Notes under the pieces: model-generated | What the model was told of the DNA's origin: nothing | What the model saw: only the letters and a program-made list of their open reading frames with translations | The model's database searches: none | Position numbers and translations under genes: made by a program | Shown here: positions 27,784-36,955 of the stretch, piece after piece | Layout of the letters: every line of letters starts with the position of its first letter | Position numbering within the stretch: the first letter of the stretch is position 1 | Source of the DNA: Candidatus Woesearchaeota archaeon | Lineage (GTDB): Archaea; Nanobdellota; Nanobdellia; Pacearchaeales; GW2011-AR1 | Direction of reading: 5' to 3' | Length of the DNA stretch: 64,000 bases | NCBI GenBank assembly: GCA_964479755.1 | Contig: CAYZNI010000002.1 | Span: forward strand, 5,633 to 69,632

Positions 27784-28251
27784 ATGGAAAAAATTACTGC
27801 CTCTCTAGTAATGGAGATCCTAGGCAGGCCAATAGAGAATGTTTCTGAAACCTTGAACTCGCTGGTAGAAAAGCTAAGCAAAGAAAAAGGTGTCTTTCTC
27901 AAGGATAAAAAAATTCATGCCCCTGTGAAGATTGAGGGCGTGAGCGATTTGTTTACCTCTTTTGCAGAGGTCGAGGTCGAGTTAGATACAATAGAGGTCT
28001 TTTTCTATCTGATGTTCGCGTATATGCCTTCTCACGTCGAATTGATCCATCCCGATAAAATAACACTGCAAAATCAGGAGCTTACAACATTTGCCAATGT
28101 TCTGGTGCAAAGGCTTCACAACTATGATGGAATTGCAAAAAACTACCTTGTGGAAAGAGAGATGTTTCTGGAAAAGCTAAAGGAACTATCTCCGGAAACA
28201 TTCAAAAATATTGTGGATTACATAAAAACCAAAGGCGAGAAAAAAAGTTAA
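27784..28251 (+). CDS. hypothetical protein
   Basis: 155-aa ORF with no recognisable motif. Confidence 0.35.
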   Translation: MEKITASLVMEILGRPIENVSETLNSLVEKLSKEKGVFLKDKKIHAPVKIEGVSDLFTSFAEVEVELDTIEVFFYLMFAYMPSHVELIHPDKITLQNQELTTFANVLVQRLHNYDGIAKNYLVEREMFLEKLKELSPETFKNIVDYIKTKGEKKS

Positions 28252-28360
28252 GCACCCAGTTCATAATAAGCTCTTTCAACTATGTTAAAGTCTGCAAATC
28301 TTTAATAGCGAGGAATAATATACGGTTAATTGTTGAACTTGTAATTTAGATGTCGCATAT

Positions 28361-29707
28361 TTAAGGCAATTTTCTCTCGGCGGTGGCAAATTTTTCCTTC
28401 ACTAGCCTTTCTTTGTTTGAATTTACTTTTCTGTATTTCAAGAAAACATATCCAATAACAATTATCAATAAAATTCCAATCAAGTATCCTATCCAGGAGC
28501 CGACTCCTCTGCCTGAACTTGGAGTTTCGCACTGGCCAATGCAGCACTTTCCATCCAGGCTATCAACTTCATTTCCTGAGCAGCTTTGCTCTGCACTGCA
28601 AACTCTCGCGTCTTTGTCAATCTCGTTGCAATAATAATACAAGTTGCTCTGATTTTGCATCACATACTCCACAATGGGTTTGTTAAGTGGCTGATTTGCC
28701 ACATCAACCATAACGACCATATATTTGCTGAAGCTTCCTGCCTTAGCAAGAATACTCCCTCGGTAATATTTGCCGGGTGCTTTTTTTATAACAAGGTTAA
28801 ATTCTCTGCTTTTATTAGGCTCTATGGTTTCATTTCTATAGTCTATAAAGAAATACTCTTTATTGTAAAAAAATTTCAGGTTTTTTATTTCATCTTCCCC
28901 GTCATTTTTTATCTGGAATTTCACGCTCACATTAGTCGACGAGTTTGACAGGTTTGTTTTAATAATCGGCGTTACAAACAAGAAAGAATAGTTTCCGGAA
29001 ACAATTGTGCTGAAATTTCCGTTTCCTGAATTATTCAGGCTAACGTTGATTCCATTAAGTGTCGTATTTGTATTATTCAAGGTAAAATTTGCATCAGTAT
29101 TGTTCAGGCTAGAATTTGTACTAATTTCAATCCCAAAAATCTTTGCAGGAACTTGGTACTTTCCAACATTCAAGTCTATTGTTTGCGTTCCGGCAAACTC
29201 CGAAATAGGAAAAAAAATATTAGTCTCTCCTGGATATAAGTTTATATGTCTATTTGGAAAGTCAACACTGATCTGTTGTATAACGTCTTTTCCATTTACA
29301 GCAGTAACGTAAAAGTCTGCCGAAGCAACTTCAACTCCCGGAGTAATGTAATAGTCTTCACTTTCGTTTGTCACATTAAAATTTTTCTCGTAAGTAACAA
29401 GCTGGCTCTGTCCATTCACTATACTTTGAATATTTTCGATCACAAGCTTGTAGTTCCCCTCAACTCCGGGCGTCACAATCCATAAATAATAAGCATCATC
29501 AAAACTGGCCAGTCCGCGCTCAAATGCCACATAAGTGTTTCCTCTCTTAAGTTTAACTTGGCTCTCTTGAAGCGGCTGTAAAATGCTCCCATCAATTTTT
29601 ATAGTTACAGTTTGTTTTTGCTTATATGAATCTGCAAGGTTAGTTGTTATCGCGCTCCCGCTGCAAATTAAAATTACAAAAACCAAGATGAATAACTCTT
29701 TTCTCAT
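28361..29707 (-). CDS. secreted surface protein with C-terminal TM anchor; start reassigned to MRKELFIL
   Basis: Signal peptide, Asn/Thr-rich repeats, Cys-rich stalk, TM WIGYLIGILLIIVIGYVFL. Confidence 0.5.
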   Translation of the reverse strand: MRKELFILVFVILICSGSAITTNLADSYKQKQTVTIKIDGSILQPLQESQVKLKRGNTYVAFERGLASFDDAYYLWIVTPGVEGNYKLVIENIQSIVNGQSQLVTYEKNFNVTNESEDYYITPGVEVASADFYVTAVNGKDVIQQISVDFPNRHINLYPGETNIFFPISEFAGTQTIDLNVGKYQVPAKIFGIEISTNSSLNNTDANFTLNNTNTTLNGINVSLNNSGNGNFSTIVSGNYSFLFVTPIIKTNLSNSSTNVSVKFQIKNDGEDEIKNLKFFYNKEYFFIDYRNETIEPNKSREFNLVIKKAPGKYYRGSILAKAGSFSKYMVVMVDVANQPLNKPIVEYVMQNQSNLYYYCNEIDKDARVCSAEQSCSGNEVDSLDGKCCIGQCETPSSGRGVGSWIGYLIGILLIIVIGYVFLKYRKVNSNKERLVKEKFATAERKLP

Positions 29708-29858
29708 CCTAAAGATAAAAATCCTTTTTATATAAATTCTACTGTCGTTCTGCATGCTGAACTGCTAAAGTAACTCTTTTTAACTGCCTAGAGAACAACG
29801 GTTCCAGTTTATTTTTCTGTTTAATAATCTTAATTACAGGTTTTCCTGATTCATGACT

Positions 29859-30038
29859 CTTTTATTGCCAAATTGGGTTTAATACACCGCAGCTCTGCTG
29901 CGGAGTCAATTTGGGACCTCAAAGTCGCAGACTTTGATGGCACAAGAACAAAGTACGTATGATTAGAGATTTCCGTTCAAAGCCGAGCGTAATACCTGTC
30001 AGCTTGCTGCGGGGATAGCAAAGCAGGAAATCTCTTTA
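29859..30038. repeat. conserved intergenic element (family 1), long copy with ~109-nt internal insertion bounded by 13-nt direct repeats (cagctYtgctgcgg)
   Basis: The 5' block ttttattgccaaattgggtttaatacAccgcagctctgctgcgg and 3' block gggatagcaaagcaggaaatctctttat match 35784-35854. The central hairpin ccgcagc-tct-gctgcgg is conserved. The insert contains the hairpin tcaaagtc-gca-gactttga. Confidence 0.6.
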
Positions 30039-30128
30039 TTAAAAAAATCAGGCATTACACAAATATAATGATTTGATTTGTCAGTTTGTATTATATACAG
30101 GGCTTTGAAAAACCCTGTTTTCAGGCCC

Positions 30129-30175
30129 TCAATCACCAATAAAAAATAACTTCAATTTGATTTAATAATTATTAT
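30129..30175. repeat. 47-nt conserved intergenic element (family 2), copy B
   Basis: Matches 19536-19582 at 44/47 positions. Lies ~220 nt downstream of the stop of gene 30398..32341 on its sense strand. Confidence 0.6.
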
Positions 30176-30397
30176 CGAGGATAAAATTAATATTTAAAAA
30201 ATAGGATTTAATTTGGTTTCTTGACAGATTCTTTATTAAACTGGTTATTCAAAGTCGCCTATATTTTTCAACTAATTGAAAGTGAACTTAATTTACAAGC
30301 AAGAGATAATTATCGTTCCTTAGAAAATGTTTTGACAAAGATTACAATTTTTTTATTTTTAACTTGAAATATTCAAATAAATTGAACACAAAACTCC

Positions 30398-32341
30398 TTA
30401 CTCGTCACTAATCTTTCTCAATTTCTGCAGAGTCTCCTCCATTTCTTTCTCTTTGGCGCTTTGCCGCAGTTGCAGTCTTGGAGGCATCTCTCTTTGAACA
30501 GGTCTTGGCTGCAGAATCACAGGCCGCATTGGTGGGGGCCCGAATCTTGGCGGCGGCATCGGTCTTCCCAGCCCAGGAGGGGCACCTCCAGGCGGAGCAG
30601 GCGGCATCTTGGAATTCTTTGCTTTCCCGCTTCTCTTTAGCCACCACATTCTAATTTTATCTTTGTATATTATCCCAATTACAACCAGAAGAATTAGTAT
30701 GATAAAAATAGCTATCCAAAGCCACCAGCTTGTTCCATTACTATCTCCTCCACCCTCGCTGCCGGTCTGGTTGAAATCTGGCTGTGGTTCAGGCTCTGTA
30801 GTCTGGCAAATACCCGTGCAACAGATAGGGCTATCTGAGGATTGCACTGTAACCTGCGAGCAAACCTCTCCATTGGCTGTCGCGCAAACTCGCCCCCCCA
30901 TTTCGCCGCAACTTGTCACGAAAGGCACTTGAACACTACAGCAAACTTCAGCAAAACTATGGCAATTGTATTCGCTTAGAGGTTCACCGCGAGCAATAAT
31001 GCAATCATCTAAAGTTGGGGCGCAATAATAATTAACAGATTCACAATCTGTTTCAGGAATTAGTAGCTCTCCTCCCTGAATTGTCCCATTATTTGTATTA
31101 GTTTCATTTACACTTGGTCCCGGCGGAGTGCCTGTTCCGTTTGTATCACTTGGAGGGTTTGTTGGATTCACAATTTCATTCTGGTAATTTCTTCCAACGC
31201 CCAAAGCGTAAAGCAAAAACGCCGTGTCTGAAATGTCGTTGTTATTCCAGCAGCCTTCATTTGTCTGCTGCCCTGTATTAAACAGATAAGTTAAAGTCCC
31301 CCCGCTGGTTATAGTTGAAGAGCCCATCCCGCCAAGAGCCAATATTCCAAGAGCACTATCATAAAATGCGCTGTAAGTGTTTCCCGCAATATCCCAATGC
31401 GCATTTCTCCTCAGTTGGTTAACCTGTGCAAGATACTGGCTCGGCCCATTAACAAGATAAACTAAAAAAGCTTCTGGAAAATATTTCTCATTTTGCGATG
31501 CCAATGCCCTCAAATAAGGTGTGAAACTACTGGTACTTTCACCTTTATCATAAAGTGCAGCAGTAGCCCACAAGCTGGATTCATAGTCGCATCCGCTGGA
31601 GCTTACTTCTTTTTTGAAGCATTGTGAGTTGACTTTCATCAGGACTAAACCTCCGCTCTCGCTAGACCTTGTAGAAGAAGTTACAAACGCGATAAGGTTT
31701 TGTGATTCTGTGAATAAGAATGAGGTCTTAAAATTTGAAAAGCTCCCAGCACAGCTCACTGTGAATTGCTTTGAAACACAGCTGTCAGAGATTCTAAGTC
31801 TTGTTGCCAAGTTTCCAGATGAAACGTAGCTGAAACAATTTCCATAGCCGCTTTGCGCCGTCAGGCTATAATCAGAGTTCAGGTCAAAAATAAAATTTTG
31901 CCCATCATACCCCAATGTGCAGCTTGCGTTTGTCCCTTGTTCAGCAGTCACTTGCAAATACCAAGTTAAATCTCTCGGCGCCGTTGTCTGATTTTTCAGC
32001 CAGTCAATTATCTTTGAGTTATCAACATTCTGTTTTTTTAAAGCCAAAGCAACTTGGGCAGTTTCTTTTACCTTGCACCCTCCAGATGGCCAGCAAGTTT
32101 GGTTGTTTGCATTGTATGCAGAGGAGTTTATTACATTAAATATCTTAGTTTTATTACCCGCGCCGGCAAGAAATGAAAACGTCGCCTGCTGCAATGTCAA
32201 GCTAGGATTCGAATTGGTTAAATTTCCAAGACAACTGAATGCATTATTAATGTTCTGAGTGTAATCAGTTGTTTGCGCATCTGAAAGCCGTATAAGCATC
32301 AAACCAACAAGTACTAAAATCAAAACTCCTCTTTTATTCAT
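30398..32341 (-). CDS. large secreted surface protein with C-terminal TM anchor and Pro-rich cytoplasmic tail
   Basis: Signal peptide MNKRGVLILVLVGLMLIRLSDA, TM WWLWIAIFIILILLVVIGII, then the tail PPAPPGGAPPGLGRPMPPPRFGPPPMRP. Confidence 0.55.
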   Translation of the reverse strand: MNKRGVLILVLVGLMLIRLSDAQTTDYTQNINNAFSCLGNLTNSNPSLTLQQATFSFLAGAGNKTKIFNVINSSAYNANNQTCWPSGGCKVKETAQVALALKKQNVDNSKIIDWLKNQTTAPRDLTWYLQVTAEQGTNASCTLGYDGQNFIFDLNSDYSLTAQSGYGNCFSYVSSGNLATRLRISDSCVSKQFTVSCAGSFSNFKTSFLFTESQNLIAFVTSSTRSSESGGLVLMKVNSQCFKKEVSSSGCDYESSLWATAALYDKGESTSSFTPYLRALASQNEKYFPEAFLVYLVNGPSQYLAQVNQLRRNAHWDIAGNTYSAFYDSALGILALGGMGSSTITSGGTLTYLFNTGQQTNEGCWNNNDISDTAFLLYALGVGRNYQNEIVNPTNPPSDTNGTGTPPGPSVNETNTNNGTIQGGELLIPETDCESVNYYCAPTLDDCIIARGEPLSEYNCHSFAEVCCSVQVPFVTSCGEMGGRVCATANGEVCSQVTVQSSDSPICCTGICQTTEPEPQPDFNQTGSEGGGDSNGTSWWLWIAIFIILILLVVIGIIYKDKIRMWWLKRSGKAKNSKMPPAPPGGAPPGLGRPMPPPRFGPPPMRPVILQPRPVQREMPPRLQLRQSAKEKEMEETLQKLRKISDE

Positions 32342-32375
32342 TTATCTCTAAGTCTAGCGTTATTTAAAAAGTTTC

Positions 32376-33965
32376 TCAATCTTTTCTTTCTCGAATTTTT
32401 CTTGCCACATCTGCAATCGGGTTCTTGGTTTTTGGCATCTCTTTAATCAATCCAAGGTCTTTGTAGAAACCTTCATTATTATAATTCGGAGGCAGTATCT
32501 TCTTTTTCTGCTTGAAATGCCAGTCCACTTGTGATTTAATGTAACCTTCTTTCATTGGGGGCTTGTTTTTTTCATTCCACTCTCTGACTTTCTTGTTGAC
32601 ATAATAGTATGAAAAATTTAAACTTCGGAGAAAAGTTATCAAAATAAACAGCCCGCGCTTTTTCCCGTCTTCCAAGCCCTCAAGAAGTTTGTTAATCGCA
32701 GGCGGGAACATTTCTTCGCTGACATTTTCAAAACTAGTCTCTTCAAATTTTTTGCCAGAGTATTTGGTTTCCTGAATTTTCTTTTCAGCAGCATCTTTTT
32801 CAGTTTTCCATTCAAGTGCATCGCTCAGAAGTTTTTTTCCTTCGTCTATTTCACATTCCCCAATGTAAAGTCTTACTTTGACGTGCATCGGACTCGCATC
32901 CATTGGCGTGAATTTTTCAATTTCATTTTTTGAAAGAACGACACTGGCCAAAGAAGTTTTCTCATGCAAAGAGTAAGGCATCCTGAACAAATGTCTGGGA
33001 GCGACAAGCACAAGGTCAAATCCTCCGCTTTCTTTTTGTTTAATGTTTTCTCTTATTTCAGAAGTGTAACTCTCACTTTTTATTCTTCCCTCTTTAGATA
33101 ATTGCTCTCTTGCTGAAATCTCCATCTTAAAGTTAGACGTCTTGCAGTTAGGACATTCAAGTATCTCTTTTTCTTCAATAACTTCGAGAGGCGCGTTGTC
33201 AAGGTTGCACCGAAAAACTCTTTTTTTTTCAAGAACGCTTTTTTTCTGTTGAGTGATGTTCTCGCAAAGCTTGCATTTCATCATCATTAGAATATCTTTG
33301 TAAAACGTAGAGCCGCAGTTCGGGCAGACACTCTCGACAAGCTCTTCGCGTTTTTTCTTGGTCCTCGTCTCCAAATTTTTTATGTCTTCTTCTGTGGAAA
33401 TTTGAACATTGAATTCATTTCTTATTCTCGCTTCCAGATATTGACAGATTGTACGCGCCCACTCAGGAAACATTTCCTTTGTCAGTTTTTTGTCAAATTC
33501 TTTCGGGAAAGCTTTGCCAGAGACAATTATGTGAAAACCTTTGCTTCCTGAAAATTTGATTCCGTAGTTCTTCACACCGTGTCTTTCCAACTCGTCTGCA
33601 AGCAACAAAGTAGCTTTTTTGGAATACTCGAAAAAAGGAGAATCAACGTCAATCAATAAATCCCAGCCTATTCTTATCTCGTCAAGTTCCTGCCGAACCA
33701 TATCAGAAGAAATTTGCAACGGATCTTTCCACAATTCTTCCGAGCAATGAAATGAAGTCGCTCCCTTTTTCACTAAACTAACAACATCAGAGGGGTAAGT
33801 CAGTACGTCAGGTCTTTTTCCAAACCCTTCAAAATATCTAGGAACCACTTCTCTGTTCTTGGCAAACTCCAATATCGCATCTTGAACTTCTTTCTTAGAA
33901 TAATAAATATTTGTCAAAAGTCTTATCCTCTTTTCCTTTTCACTTATACCCTCTCCAGATTGCAT
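32376..33965 (-). CDS. priS: DNA primase, PriS-type catalytic subunit with extended C-terminal helical domain (possible fused PriS/PriL-like primase)
   Basis: Catalytic DxD (GWDLLIDVDSP) and SGxKGxH (FSGSKGFHIIV) motifs, and a CxxC…CxxC Zn knuckle. At 529 aa it is longer than a typical PriS. The C-terminal FPPAINKLLEGLEDGKKRGLFIL segment could be PriL/PriX-like. Confidence 0.6.
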   Translation of the reverse strand: MQSGEGISEKEKRIRLLTNIYYSKKEVQDAILEFAKNREVVPRYFEGFGKRPDVLTYPSDVVSLVKKGATSFHCSEELWKDPLQISSDMVRQELDEIRIGWDLLIDVDSPFFEYSKKATLLLADELERHGVKNYGIKFSGSKGFHIIVSGKAFPKEFDKKLTKEMFPEWARTICQYLEARIRNEFNVQISTEEDIKNLETRTKKKREELVESVCPNCGSTFYKDILMMMKCKLCENITQQKKSVLEKKRVFRCNLDNAPLEVIEEKEILECPNCKTSNFKMEISAREQLSKEGRIKSESYTSEIRENIKQKESGGFDLVLVAPRHLFRMPYSLHEKTSLASVVLSKNEIEKFTPMDASPMHVKVRLYIGECEIDEGKKLLSDALEWKTEKDAAEKKIQETKYSGKKFEETSFENVSEEMFPPAINKLLEGLEDGKKRGLFILITFLRSLNFSYYYVNKKVREWNEKNKPPMKEGYIKSQVDWHFKQKKKILPPNYNNEGFYKDLGLIKEMPKTKNPIADVARKIRERKD

Positions 33966-34213
33966 TTACATCAAAACTTAATAGATTATTTATTGTTTGT
34001 TGTTCATTTTGAAGTAGCTTGTTTCTAGGAAATTAATTTTATAGTATGAAATAATCAGAGAGCTAACTTTCTGGTAAGCTCATCAGATGCTCTAGGTTGC
34101 TCTACAGCTCTTAAATGCGGATGTAAAGCGTGAATTTTCTTTCAGTATTATAAGTTGCTTCTTCAAGAGTTAAACAGTGAATTTATTAGAGATTTCCTCT
34201 AAAAACAATAATC

Positions 34214-34221
34214 TTTAATAA
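34214..34221 (+). promoter_or_regulatory. TATA box (tttaataa) for the PCNA gene
   Basis: Centred ~26 nt upstream of ATG 34243. Confidence 0.4.
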
Positions 34222-34242
34222 CCTGTTTTATTCCCTAAGGAA

Positions 34243-34971
34243 ATGCAACTTACACTTCAGAATCCTAAAATATTTTCCGACATAGTCACAATTATTTCAG
34301 AAATCGTCACTGAAGTCAGGATTAAAGTCAACAAGGACGGAATTTCTCTCACAGCAATTGACCCTGCAAATGTCGCAATGGTTTATTTTAAAATTCCTTC
34401 TGATTTATTCTCCGAATTCGCACTGGAAAAAGAAGAGGAGCTCGGCGTTAACTTGAACAATCTAAAAGCTGTTCTGAGAAGATGCTCTCCCGGTTCATCA
34501 CTTTCCTTGGAAAAACAGGACAATTTCCTGAACTTGTCAATCAAAGACCGAATCAAACGCGATTTTTCTCTCGCCCTGATAGAAATTGACGCAGAAGAAA
34601 AGCCTCTTCCAAGCTGGGAATTTAACTCCGTGGTGAAAATCAACTCAGACTCTTTGGTTGAAGTCATTGAGGACTGCGCCGTCGTCTCCGACGCCTGCAC
34701 ATTTATCGCTGAGCCAAACAAGTTCATTGTTGAAGCCCATGGCTTGAACTCTGCAAGAGCAGAATTCTCATCCGATGAAGCTGAAATCCATTCAGCAAAC
34801 TCTCTTGCAAGATTTTCTCTTGAGTATCTGTCAAAATTCACCAAAGGCGCCAAAGTCTCCAACAAGGCAACTTTATCGTTCTCAAACAATCATCCAATGA
34901 GGCTAGACTTCCACACTGGCTTAGTCATCTTGTCATTCGTTCTAGCGCCTCGAGTCGAACAGGAAGACTGA
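34243..34971 (+). CDS. pcn: PCNA sliding clamp
   Basis: 242 aa with a PCNA-like two-domain pattern (…FSDIVTIISEIVTEVRIKVNKDGISLTAIDPANVAMVYFKIP…VNLNNLKAVLR…). Confidence 0.7.
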   Translation: MQLTLQNPKIFSDIVTIISEIVTEVRIKVNKDGISLTAIDPANVAMVYFKIPSDLFSEFALEKEEELGVNLNNLKAVLRRCSPGSSLSLEKQDNFLNLSIKDRIKRDFSLALIEIDAEEKPLPSWEFNSVVKINSDSLVEVIEDCAVVSDACTFIAEPNKFIVEAHGLNSARAEFSSDEAEIHSANSLARFSLEYLSKFTKGAKVSNKATLSFSNNHPMRLDFHTGLVILSFVLAPRVEQED

Positions 34972-35019
34972 TTTAGAAAATTTTTAAATTTGTAACTATC
35001 TAATTTATTATGGAATTCA

Positions 35020-35251
35020 CAGCAATTATAGAAAAAGAATAAGATATGTATATCGCGAAGGCGCAGAAATAGGTACTATTTGTCAAGGAGCTACAATAGA
35101 AGAAGCAATCGAAAATTTGAAAGAAGCAACTGAGTTATATTTAGAAGAATTTCCGCTTAAAAAAAGAATGAGGTCGTTATTGACGACCTTTGAGATATCT
35201 TATGTCAAAGCTCAAGAAAACATCAGGAAAAGAATGGGCAAACTCCTTTAA
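35020..35251 (+). pseudogene. decayed HicB-family (UPF0150) antitoxin gene: in-frame TAA plus frameshift
   Basis: Frame A reads MEFTAIIEKE then stops. The +1 frame reads …PEIGTICQGATIEEAIENLKEATELYLEEFPLKK, the conserved HicB core. No HicA partner is present. Confidence 0.6.
35171..35189 (+). promoter_or_regulatory. perfect 7-bp hairpin (aggtcgt-tattg-acgacct) at the 3' end of the HicB remnant
   Basis: The inverted repeat is visible directly in the sequence. Confidence 0.3.
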
Positions 35252-35336
35252 GTTAAGGAGAAAAATCTGTTCTAAAATCTAAAAATAAGATTTTCTAATT
35301 AGAAAACTAATTATACTCTCTCCCCTAATTTATTAA

Positions 35337-35780
35337 ATGGACACAATAATCTTGCTCGAGCTAATTTCTTTAGCAGTTATTTTAATAGTCGCATTCATCA
35401 GTTACAAACTTGGCTCTTTGAAAGCAAACAGAAAATGGGAAAACCAACTTCCACACCACCGAAAAGAAGCTATCGCCCAATCTCGTGCAGTTCTAAGCGG
35501 CCAGTTCTCAGAGCAACTTTCTCCGTTCTTGCCGGATTTTCCATACTCTCCGACAGAATGCCGTTTTATCGGCAAGCCCGTTGACTTTATAGTTTTCAAA
35601 GGCGCAGACAACAAATCTATTTCAGAGATTTCATTCGTGGAAGTCAAATCAGGAAACTCCAAGCTCTCACCTCAAGAAAAATCCCTAAAGGAGACTATAG
35701 AAAGTGGCAATGTCAAGTTTGAAGAATATCGCGTCCCAGAAGATTTTACAAAGAAGAAAGATATTTATGAGGCTAATTGA
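35337..35780 (+). CDS. membrane-anchored PD-(D/E)xK nuclease-fold protein (NERD/Hjc-like), tentative
   Basis: N-terminal TM helix. Possible PD…ExK signature: PVDFIVFKG…ISFVEVKSGNSKLSPQEK. Confidence 0.3.
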   Translation: MDTIILLELISLAVILIVAFISYKLGSLKANRKWENQLPHHRKEAIAQSRAVLSGQFSEQLSPFLPDFPYSPTECRFIGKPVDFIVFKGADNKSISEISFVEVKSGNSKLSPQEKSLKETIESGNVKFEEYRVPEDFTKKKDIYEAN

Positions 35781-35783
35781 TTG

Positions 35784-35854
35784 TTTTATTGCCAAATTGG
35801 GTTTAATACCCCGCAGCTTTGTTGCAGGGATAGCGAGGCAGGAAATCTCTTTAT
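35784..35854. repeat. conserved intergenic element (family 1), short copy
   Basis: ttttattgccaaattgggtttaataccccgcagctttgttgcagggatagcgaggcaggaaatctctttat. The hairpin is conserved with compensatory G-U pairing. Confidence 0.6.
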
Positions 35855-36006
35855 CTAACAAAAAACTTTAAATACCCTCAAAACTCTCTAAAAACAGGTT
35901 ACGGTAGAACGAATCTAATCGAATGAAACTACGAGGAAAACTTCAACCTCAGCGTTTCTAATTAAAGCGGGAAGAGTTGTTATCCCAGTTAAAATGTTAA
36001 CACGAA

Positions 36007-36954
36007 ATGCCAACACTAAGAAGGCCAAGGAAAGGAAGCTTGCAGTTTTATCCTCGCAAGCGCGCAGCTAGTTTTCTCCATAGTGTTAACTGGAAAACTC
36101 TCTCGGATACAAAAGAGCAGGGTCTTTTAGGGTTTATCGCTTACAAAGTCGGAATGGCTACTGCTCTAGTTAAAGATACAACTCCAAAAGTAATGTCTTC
36201 AAACAAGCAAGTTGCCATGCCAGTAACAATCCTTGAAGTACCTCCAATGCGAGTCCTTTCCGTAAGATTCTACAAAAACGGCCTTCCAATTAAAGACGTT
36301 CTAGTCTCTAATGCTAAAGAACTAAAGCATGTCATTAAAACTCCGAAAGCAGTGCAAGATTTAGATAAACTAGCCCCGAAAGAATTTGACAATTTAACTC
36401 TTTTAGTTTACTCACAACCAAAAGAAACATCAATTAAAAAATCTCCGGACTTGATTGAGCTTGCAGTTAGTGCTGCAAACAAATTAGAATTTGCAAAATC
36501 TATGCTAAACAAGGATATTTCAGCTTCCGACGTAATAAAATTCAAGCTTGCTGACATTAGAGGAATTACAAAAGGAAAAGGTCTGCAGGGTCCAGTAAAA
36601 AGAATGGGGCTCTCCTTGAAATCGCACAAATCTGAAAAAGGAGTTCGGCGCCCAGGTAGCTTAGGACCTTGGCATCCAGCTCGAGTTACATTTAGAGCCC
36701 CTCTTGCAGGTCAAGTAGGTATGTTTTCAAGAATCACCTATAATATCCAAGTCTTAACTCAAGGCAAGATTGCAGAAAAAGACATCAATCCTTCTCAAGG
36801 TTTCAAGAACTATGGTAAAATAAAATCTGCATACGTTATTGTCAAAGGCTCAGTTCAAGGACCTCCTAAAAGGCAGGTTCTAATCACTCCTGCTTTTCGT
36901 CCATCAAAAGTTCAAAAGAAACAAAAATTAGAGTTTCTGGAGGTCCTAAGTTAA
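36007..36954 (+). CDS. rpl3: ribosomal protein uL3
   Basis: PRKGSLQFYPRKRA…KGKGLQGPVKRMG…PGSLGPWHPARV. Confidence 0.9.
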   Translation: MPTLRRPRKGSLQFYPRKRAASFLHSVNWKTLSDTKEQGLLGFIAYKVGMATALVKDTTPKVMSSNKQVAMPVTILEVPPMRVLSVRFYKNGLPIKDVLVSNAKELKHVIKTPKAVQDLDKLAPKEFDNLTLLVYSQPKETSIKKSPDLIELAVSAANKLEFAKSMLNKDISASDVIKFKLADIRGITKGKGLQGPVKRMGLSLKSHKSEKGVRRPGSLGPWHPARVTFRAPLAGQVGMFSRITYNIQVLTQGKIAEKDINPSQGFKNYGKIKSAYVIVKGSVQGPPKRQVLITPAFRPSKVQKKQKLEFLEVLS

Positions 36955-36955
36955 T

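Noticed and set aside
29859-30038. Family-1 element as a tRNA, split tRNA half or C/D-box sRNA
   Set aside because: No cloverleaf can be drawn and there is no T-loop GTTCRANYC. C (RUGAUGA) and D (CUGA) boxes are absent or imperfect.
29859-35854. Family-1 direct repeats interpreted as att sites of a 6-kb integrated element
   Set aside because: The bracketed segment carries the only visible primase and PCNA plus a surface protein, and has no integrase/recombinase. A core replication island is unlikely to be a mobile element. The repeats are treated as conserved intergenic elements instead.
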